The translations under genes were made by a program, and so were the position numbers. The notes under the pieces were generated by a model. That model was given only the letters and a program-made list of their open reading frames with translations. It searched no databases and was not told the DNA's origin. Below, piece after piece: positions 57,745 through 64,000 of a DNA stretch of 64,000 nucleotides. Each line of letters begins with the position of its first letter. Position 1 is the first letter of the stretch. The DNA comes from Gammaproteobacteria bacterium. GTDB lineage: Bacteria; Pseudomonadota; Gammaproteobacteria; Steroidobacterales; Woeseiaceae. The stretch is from the NCBI GenBank assembly GCA_029864095.1, contig JAOTUB010000001.1, positions 19,082 to 83,081 on the forward strand. Reading direction: 5' to 3'.

Positions 57745-58836
57745 ATGTCTCAGTTATCCTCGCGAAGGTCTTTTCTGGCGGGAGGCGTCGCAGCCGGAGC
57801 CGCCTCTGTGCTGGGCGCCACGCATGCAGAAGCTCAGCCGTCCGCTGACCGTAAGCTTAAGATAGGCGTCATCGGTGTTGGCAAATGGTCATTCATGACC
57901 TATTGCTGGTCGGACATTATCGAAGGACTGAAACAGGGGTCCCCGCGCGGCAACCTGGGCACACCTCTCCTGAACATGGAGATTACGCACGTATGGGATC
58001 CCGACGCCACGGCGGCGCAGAAATTCGCCGCACAGCTCGATATCACGGCGGTTAACAAATTCGACGACATGCTCGGCAGTATTGACGGGCTCATCTTCGC
58101 CGCCATGCTCGACGTCCCCTATATGAAAACCCTCGCCAAACCGTATCTCGAAGCGGGTGTGCCGACATACCTGAGCCGCCCGTTCGCCTACTCGCTGCGC
58201 GATATCGACGATATCCTTGAATCGGCCGCGAAGGGGAACACCCCGATCATCGCCACGGCGAAATTCGAACACTACAGGGAGGTGTCGGCCCTCAGAAACA
58301 AGCTGAAAAATGTCGGCACCATCAAGATGGTGCAGGCGGCCGCGCATACCACGGATTTCCCGATGCACTTCCACATCCAGTTCATGATGCTCAAGATACT
58401 CGGCTACGACGTCGAGCGGGTTTCGCTGTTCTACGATCATGAAACCAGAGCAAATTACGTCCACGAGACTTATCTCTATCCGGGAAACGAAGAGCAGCCG
58501 CCATTTGTCTGTACGATCGACGGTTCCCGAATTCCCGATTCGTTTCATATCAGGGCCGTCGGCGACCGGGGGATAGAAACCGTGAGCATGCCTCGCGGGT
58601 ACGACACTTGGCAGGAAGACCTCCTCTACCGGTATGCGCCTCAGGTCATCGATATGCAGCGAACTTTTTACGGCGAGAATTATGAACCTTACGACATCGT
58701 CAGGAAGAAGACGGAAATCTATCTGACCGCTTTCTATTCGGCACTGGAACGGGGCGGAGCGCCCGTCGACGTCGGTACCGTGCCGGCCGATTGGCGGGTC
58801 ACCACACCGAATATCGATACAAGCCCGACGTTTTAG
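57745..58836 (+). CDS. Gfo/Idh/MocA-family oxidoreductase with Tat signal
   Basis: Tat motif LSSRRSFLAGGVAAGAASVLGATHAEA, followed directly by the Rossmann start LKIGVIGVGKWSF. Confidence 0.75.
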   Translation: MSQLSSRRSFLAGGVAAGAASVLGATHAEAQPSADRKLKIGVIGVGKWSFMTYCWSDIIEGLKQGSPRGNLGTPLLNMEITHVWDPDATAAQKFAAQLDITAVNKFDDMLGSIDGLIFAAMLDVPYMKTLAKPYLEAGVPTYLSRPFAYSLRDIDDILESAAKGNTPIIATAKFEHYREVSALRNKLKNVGTIKMVQAAAHTTDFPMHFHIQFMMLKILGYDVERVSLFYDHETRANYVHETYLYPGNEEQPPFVCTIDGSRIPDSFHIRAVGDRGIETVSMPRGYDTWQEDLLYRYAPQVIDMQRTFYGENYEPYDIVRKKTEIYLTAFYSALERGGAPVDVGTVPADWRVTTPNIDTSPTF

Positions 58837-58857
58837 GAAAGTAACGCGGGATTCCTG

Positions 58858-59901
58858 TTACTCATAGATTTTTACGCCAAGACGCGCGGCCGTATCCGCG
58901 ATGAATTTTTTGCCCTGCGGGTATTGATCTGGTCCTTGATAATTGCCCCGATTCAGAAATTCCATCATGAGCGGACGGGGATACTCAAGCCGGCTGAGAT
59001 GGGTCAGGTACACCTCGTAGTCCATTTCTCCCTCGCCGGGGACCACCCATTCGAGGCCCGGCAGCATTTCCGCCCACCTGATGTCCTTCGCATGGGCATA
59101 CATGATGTCCTCGCCGAGTAGCTCGAAACACTCGTTATACAATTCTGCGCTGCGAAACAGGACGCCCGGATGCACCATGTTGGTGGGGTCCAGCGTCGCC
59201 TTGAGTCGGTCGCTTCCCACATCCTCGCGGAGGCGGACATGTGCGGCCGGGGTGTTGAGGTTGTTGGAATTAATCGCCTCGACCGCAAGCTTTATGTTGC
59301 TGCCTGACGAATCGGCAAGAACCTGCTTGAGGGCGTCAACCGACATGTGCCAGGTTTCCTCGCTCCAGTTCTGGGGATGAGCGTAGCTGGGCTTGCCCGG
59401 GCCGCGGCTGCCGGTATGCACGAGGATGAAATCCATCCCCATCTGCTCCGCCATCTCGATGGCCTCGAGGTACTCGCGGTGGACGGTGGCGCGCATCTCA
59501 GGATCGGGATGTATGATGTTGTCCCAGACGTGGATCGTGTAAAACAGGACGTCGTATTGCTCGAGCGCGGCTTTGAGCTCACGCACCTCGGAATCGTTCA
59601 TCATCCGCCAGCGATTATAAACGGCCTCTACTGCCGTATAGCCGAGTTTCCTGATTCTCTCGACCTGTTCGGCAGGATTGCTGTCGATGTTGGTGAGGCG
59701 ACTCCCCGCACTGGCCAGACGGATGGCAGACGGACCAGGAGTGAGGTCCCGCTTCACGTTTCCTGGCGGACTCCACTGCGAAAGATAACCGGCGCCACCA
59801 ACATCGGGGAGCGTCCAGGCGTGGGATGTCGAAGCTTTCGCTCCGAGCGTCAGGCCGGCCGCGGCCAACAGGACGTTGCGGCGCGAAATTGTATTGTTCA
59901 T
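58858..59901 (-). CDS. Xylose-isomerase-like TIM-barrel (sugar phosphate isomerase/epimerase family) protein with Tat signal
   Basis: Tat motif TISRRNVLLAAAGLTLGAKA. TIM-barrel family blocks (GYTAVE, FYTIHVWDN, FILVHTGS, KLAVEAINS, YAHAKD). Confidence 0.7.
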   Translation of the reverse strand: MNNTISRRNVLLAAAGLTLGAKASTSHAWTLPDVGGAGYLSQWSPPGNVKRDLTPGPSAIRLASAGSRLTNIDSNPAEQVERIRKLGYTAVEAVYNRWRMMNDSEVRELKAALEQYDVLFYTIHVWDNIIHPDPEMRATVHREYLEAIEMAEQMGMDFILVHTGSRGPGKPSYAHPQNWSEETWHMSVDALKQVLADSSGSNIKLAVEAINSNNLNTPAAHVRLREDVGSDRLKATLDPTNMVHPGVLFRSAELYNECFELLGEDIMYAHAKDIRWAEMLPGLEWVVPGEGEMDYEVYLTHLSRLEYPRPLMMEFLNRGNYQGPDQYPQGKKFIADTAARLGVKIYE

Positions 59902-59937
59902 GTCGACTAGCCTCCGGTGTCGTTACTCCCCTCGATC

Positions 59938-61065
59938 TTAATTGTTTACCGCCGATTCCACAGGTTCTGATTGATCCGCTAGCGTTTTTTTAACGGGTTT
60001 GCGCCGCCAGTAGTTGGCAAGAGTGGAGCCGGTGATGTTCATCCAGGGTCCGAATACAGCCGGTGCGAGTCCGACCGTGCCAATTTTGCCCATCGCAACA
60101 GCAAGCCCTGAAGCCATTCCTGCATTTTGCAATCCGACCTCGATCGCTATCGCGCGGCAGGATTTTTCGTCCATTCGCGCCAATCGAGCGCCGAAGTATC
60201 CAAAAACGTAACCTGCCGCATTGTGAATGACGGCAGCCGCGACCAGCAGCAACCCTACAGCCAAAAGGGAGTCCCGGCCGGCGGCGGTTATGATTGTAAT
60301 GATGACTGCTATTCCCGTCATGGACAGGACAGGCATCGCATCATCCAGCCATTTAACCTTGCCGTGCCAAAAGTGATTGAAAATCACGCCAAGCACAATC
60401 GGGATGATGATCATCTTTATGATGCTCCACATCATGGCCGTGAATACGATGGGGACAAACTGTCCGGCCAAAAGCTGCATCAGCAGAGGCGTCAAGAAAG
60501 GCGAAAGCAAGGTGGAAACGGCGGTTAGCGTGACAGAGAGCGCGAGGTTTGCATTGGCGATGTAGGCCATTACGTTGGAAGCAACACCGCCTGGTGACGA
60601 GCCAATGAGCACCACACCTGCTGCGATTTCAGGGGGAAAACCAAAAGACAGTGCCAAACTAATCCCCACCACAGGCATCACGGTGTATTGAAGGGCTACT
60701 CCGACAGCCACGCCTTTGGGCATCTTCAGGACACGCAAAAAATCTTTCACGCTCAGCGAAGTCCCCATTCCAAACATGATGATCTGAATGAGCGGAACGA
60801 TGAGGACACTGAGCTTGAAATCACCGACTTCCAGAAAAAAATGCGGATAGAACATGGCAAGTGTAACGGCAGAAAAAATCCAGAAGGTGAAGGAAAAAGA
60901 TCTGAATATTGTTGCGGTTCCCCGCACACCCAGGGCGAGGGTCACAAACATCACAGCAATCAATGGACCCAGCACTGGCGAACTACTATTCACGATAAGA
61001 GTGACGATCACTCCGATAAAAGAAGCGAGGCTTACATACAAAAGTGAGCTCATTAATTTATTCAT
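59938..61065 (-). CDS. Bile acid:sodium symporter (BASS) family transporter
   Basis: 375-aa polytopic ORF with the family block GVVLIGSSPGGVASNVMAYIANANLALSVTLTAVSTLLSPFLTPLLM. Confidence 0.8.
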   Translation of the reverse strand: MNKLMSSLLYVSLASFIGVIVTLIVNSSSPVLGPLIAVMFVTLALGVRGTATIFRSFSFTFWIFSAVTLAMFYPHFFLEVGDFKLSVLIVPLIQIIMFGMGTSLSVKDFLRVLKMPKGVAVGVALQYTVMPVVGISLALSFGFPPEIAAGVVLIGSSPGGVASNVMAYIANANLALSVTLTAVSTLLSPFLTPLLMQLLAGQFVPIVFTAMMWSIIKMIIIPIVLGVIFNHFWHGKVKWLDDAMPVLSMTGIAVIITIITAAGRDSLLAVGLLLVAAAVIHNAAGYVFGYFGARLARMDEKSCRAIAIEVGLQNAGMASGLAVAMGKIGTVGLAPAVFGPWMNITGSTLANYWRRKPVKKTLADQSEPVESAVNN

Positions 61066-61486
61066 GCAATTGGTCCAAGTAATTTATTTTTGGTATTTCA
61101 TTTCCCATCGCACTTATGTAATCGATGCGAATTCCACCCGGCCCGGCCTGGTAATTCACTCATTCTGCCGGCTATCCAGCTTGAGCCCGTCCGGTGCATG
61201 CAGCATGTCGCTGGGGCAGTTCATCCGCGTACCGTAGTCATCGCCGAGCAATGTCGCGAGCGTCTTGCCATCGCCCATGTTAACATCGTATATTGTATAC
61301 ACCAAGGGCTCTGCGAAGTCATGACGATGTCTATTTTTTCAGCTGCCGTAAAGGGGAAACTTCGAGGTGTGGTCGCTCTCATCGGACGGAGATACCCTGA
61401 CCATCGCGGCGGCACATGAATTGCCCGTGGCACAACCGACCTACAAGCGGGTATACAACCGGCAATATGCAAGCAAGTAACTGGCA

Positions 61487-62515
61487 ATGAGCGAGTACTT
61501 AAGTTTCGGCGAAGTCATGCTGCGCCTGAAATCGCCCGCACATGAACGATTCTTCCAGTCGCCGTGCTTCGAGGCCACTTTCGGCGGCGGCGAGGCGAAC
61601 GTCGCGGTGTCACTCGCCAACTACGGCCTCGACGCCGGGTTCGTGACCGCTTTGCCGAGCAACGACATCGGCGACGCGGCAATACGGGAACTGCGCAGAT
61701 TCGGCGTCGATACTTCGCACATCCTGCGCAAGGGTTCGCGCGTCGGCATCTACTTTCTGGAGACGGGTTCGAGTCAGCGCCCGTCAAAGGTCGTCTACGA
61801 TCGCGATTATTCGTCAATATTCGAAGCGGCGCCTGGCGACTTCGAATGGGACCGCATCTTCGACGGCGCCAGCTGGTTTCACATTACCGGCATAACGCCG
61901 GCGCTCAGTCAGAGTGCCGCCGATCTTTCGCTGGAAGCGTGCCGCGCAGCCAAAAGACACGGCGTCACTGTGTCCTGCGACTTTAACTACCGCGGCAAGC
62001 TTTGGAATTACGGTAAGTCAGCACGTGAGGTCATGCGCGAACTCGTGAAGCACGTCGATATCGGCATTGCCAACGAAGAGGATTGCCAGAAATCGCTCGG
62101 CATAGGCGCTGATGTCGACGTGGCAGGCGGCCAGCTCGATTCGGCCAATTACGAGGCGCTGACGGTCAAGGTGCTGGAGACGTTCCCGGAGATGTCGGTG
62201 ATTGCGGTGACGCTGCGCGAGTCGCACAGCGCTGATCGCAACGGCTGGTCGGCCTGCATGCGGGACAGGAATGAATTTCGCTTGTCGAGACACTACGAGA
62301 TCTGCGACATCGTTGACCGTGTTGGCGGCGGCGACAGTTTTGCTTCCGGCCTCATCTACGGCCTCACGGCGTACAAGGACCGGCAGCAGTCTCTCGAATT
62401 TGCCGTTGCCGCCAGCTGCCTAAAGCACACCATCCACGGAGACTTCAATCGTGTCACGGTAGCTGAAGTCGAAAAGCTGATGGGTGGCGACGGCTCGGGG
62501 CGCGTGCAGCGCTGA
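61487..62515 (+). CDS. kdgK: 2-dehydro-3-deoxygluconokinase (PfkB family)
   Basis: N-terminus [11 protein letters not shown]...[26 protein letters not shown] and the C-terminal anion-hole motif [16 protein letters not shown] are typical of long-form KdgK. Confidence 0.8.
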   Translation: MSEYLSFGEVMLRLKSPAHERFFQSPCFEATFGGGEANVAVSLANYGLDAGFVTALPSNDIGDAAIRELRRFGVDTSHILRKGSRVGIYFLETGSSQRPSKVVYDRDYSSIFEAAPGDFEWDRIFDGASWFHITGITPALSQSAADLSLEACRAAKRHGVTVSCDFNYRGKLWNYGKSAREVMRELVKHVDIGIANEEDCQKSLGIGADVDVAGGQLDSANYEALTVKVLETFPEMSVIAVTLRESHSADRNGWSACMRDRNEFRLSRHYEICDIVDRVGGGDSFASGLIYGLTAYKDRQQSLEFAVAASCLKHTIHGDFNRVTVAEVEKLMGGDGSGRVQR

Positions 62516-62654
62516 GCCCGGCCATGACAAAGATAACGCTACGCTTTCGGGGCGCCAGGTTGCGCTTACGATGCGCGCGAGGACTTAACGCAGTTCGGAA
62601 CAGGCACCGACGTCAGACGTGCTGCGTCGAAAACCCGAGCAGGAACTAACCGCT

Positions 62655-63851
62655 ATGCAACTTATACAAACCCGCCGTCTGGCCAGCGCAACCACCGTAT
62701 TGACCGTTTTGGCAATCGGTGCATTACCCCTAACGCAGGCCATCGCAGCCGACCTGATCGTCTCTGGTAACGACGCCAAGTTTGTCCGCGTGGCAGGCAA
62801 GGCCACATTTCCCGAGGGCGTCGGCCCCGACACGTTGACTCTGATCGACGCGTCCAGCTTTCCGCCCGTGGTCAAGGCAACGGTCGAAGTCCAGCACGCT
62901 ATCGCTGGGCCGCCGCAATGCGTAGCCATCACACCGAATGGCCGCCTCGCGATCGTGTCAGCTCCGAATCGTTACGACCACGTCGAGCAAGAGGTGGTGC
63001 TCGAGAATATTCTGCAGATCGTGGATCTCACCGCCAACCCACCGCGCGTGATCGAGAAGATCGACATCGGTGCGCATCCGCAGGGCCTTGCAATCAATCG
63101 CGACGGAACGCTTCTGTTGGCTACCACGTTATATGGCACTGTTGCAGTGCTCGACATCGACGGCAGCACGGTCAGCCTGAAGGCCCAGCTCAAGATAGCC
63201 GACAAGCGTCTCTCCGGCGTGAGCTTCACCCATGACGGCACGGCCGCACTGGTTGCCCTGCGCGACGAGCAGGGCCTGGAGGTGCTCGAGGTGAATAACG
63301 GCGTTGTAAGCACGGCACGCGATCGGGTTACGACCGGGATCGGCCCCTACGCGGTCGATGTCTCCAGTGACGGCAAATGGGCAGTTGTGGGCAACGTCGG
63401 CCTGGCTGGGCTCGTCAATCCCGGACGCCTGCATGCCGATGCCGATACAGTTACCTTGATCGACGTGTCGCGTCGACCGTTTCGCGCTGTCCAGCACATC
63501 ACGGTGCCATCGCTTCCCGAAGGCGTTGCCATATCTCCGGACGGTCGATGGATCGCCGTGCAGTCGATGGCTGGCTCCAACCTGCCGCCGGACAATCCGG
63601 CACACAAACCGCGCGGACGCGTATTGCTCTTCGAGATCCGCAACGGCGAGGCAGTCAGGACCGCCGACCTGCCGGGCGGCGAGGCCGCGCAAGGCATAGT
63701 CTTTAGCGCCGACAGCAAGACGGTGCTGGTGCAATTCAACGTAGAAAAGCAAATTGCGATCTACGCGGTCAATGACGGCGCGCTGCGGGACACCGGCGAA
63801 CGTGTACCGATTGCCGGCGGGCCGGCGTCGTTGCGGTCCATGCCGCGCTGA
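62655..63851 (+). CDS. Secreted 7-bladed beta-propeller (YVTN / lactonase-like repeat) protein
   Basis: ATG 62655 gives the signal MQLIQTRRLASATTVLTVLAIGALPLTQAIA. Recurrent blade motif (PQCVAITPNGRLAIV, HPQGLAINRDGTLLLA, LSGVSFTHDGTAALVA, GPYAVDVSSDGKWAVV, LPEGVAISPDGRWIAV, AAQGIVFSADSKTVLV). Confidence 0.7.
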   Translation: MQLIQTRRLASATTVLTVLAIGALPLTQAIAADLIVSGNDAKFVRVAGKATFPEGVGPDTLTLIDASSFPPVVKATVEVQHAIAGPPQCVAITPNGRLAIVSAPNRYDHVEQEVVLENILQIVDLTANPPRVIEKIDIGAHPQGLAINRDGTLLLATTLYGTVAVLDIDGSTVSLKAQLKIADKRLSGVSFTHDGTAALVALRDEQGLEVLEVNNGVVSTARDRVTTGIGPYAVDVSSDGKWAVVGNVGLAGLVNPGRLHADADTVTLIDVSRRPFRAVQHITVPSLPEGVAISPDGRWIAVQSMAGSNLPPDNPAHKPRGRVLLFEIRNGEAVRTADLPGGEAAQGIVFSADSKTVLVQFNVEKQIAIYAVNDGALRDTGERVPIAGGPASLRSMPR

Positions 63852-63877
63852 ATAACTTTTCTTAGGAGAAACGTAGA

Positions 63878-64000
63878 GTGAAGAAGGTCTCGCATTTGCT
63901 GATATCACTGTCACTGTTAGCATCGCTGTCATTGTCGGCATCGTGTACCAAACAGGCGGATTCGCCGCGGGGATACAGCACGGCCGGAGACGACTGGCCT
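63878..64000 (+). CDS. Lipoprotein, N-terminal 41 codons only (runs off the window)
   Basis: GTG 63878 lies 8 nt after AGGAG. My translation is VKKVSHLLISLSLLASLSLSASCTKQADSPRGY..., with lipobox LSASC. Open to the window end. Not in the ORF track because it is truncated. Confidence 0.4.
   Translation, partial: MKKVSHLLISLSLLASLSLSASCTKQADSPRGYSTAGDDWP

Noticed and set aside
61066-61486. Possible KdgR-type operator (TGAAAT/ATTTCA half sites near 61095..61110) and a roughly 40-codon minus-strand ORF (MGDGKTLATLLGDDYGTRMNCPSDMLHAPDGLKLDSRQNE) upstream of kdgK.
   Set aside because: The half sites do not form a convincing palindrome. The short ORF has no RBS or recognisable motif and sits in a divergent promoter region.

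Overview
About 64 kb of chromosomal DNA from a high-GC Gram-negative bacterium, judged from TonB-dependent receptors, lipoboxes and many Sec/Tat signals; the taxon cannot be fixed from sequence alone. I call 45 CDS (two cut by the window edges), 3 decayed gene remnants, 1 transposase scar and 3 hairpin terminators. I saw no rRNA, tRNA or CRISPR array by eye. Left to right: (1) a TonB receptor / SapC / JmjC-cupin / flavin-halogenase cluster with a convergent 2OG-oxygenase-like gene. (2) An operon of exported redox-type proteins. (3) A second TonB receptor, a sugar-porter MFS and a secreted endostatin-like protein. (4) An IorAB-type molybdoenzyme, a thioredoxin-fold lipoprotein, a parvulin/HupE pair and an MBL hydrolase with an inserted EF-hand pair. 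(5) Three dispersed copies of an esterase plus ceramidase-N-domain hydrolase module, one holding a tandem triplication and two holding decayed partners. (6) A 13.5-kb, eight-gene, translationally coupled MoxR / DUF58 / triple-vWA envelope operon that also encodes a TPR-gluzincin and a Cys-less legumain/caspase-fold protein. It sits between an IS91-like transposase scar and a 5'-truncated outer-membrane-factor gene. (7) A YbbA/YbbP-like ABC/FtsX pair with a second DUF4159 paralog, and a DUF3500 protein. (8) A sugar / sugar-acid oxidation region: PQQ sugar dehydrogenase, bicupin-gluconolactonase lipoprotein, LctP and BASS transporters, FAH-fold enzyme, Tat-exported Gfo/Idh/MocA and xylose-isomerase-fold proteins, KdgK and a beta-propeller. 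The best candidate for an undescribed system is the extended MoxR operon. The recurrent esterase/ceramidase-like module and the endostatin-like protein are next. All functional calls rest on motif-level recognition without database searches.
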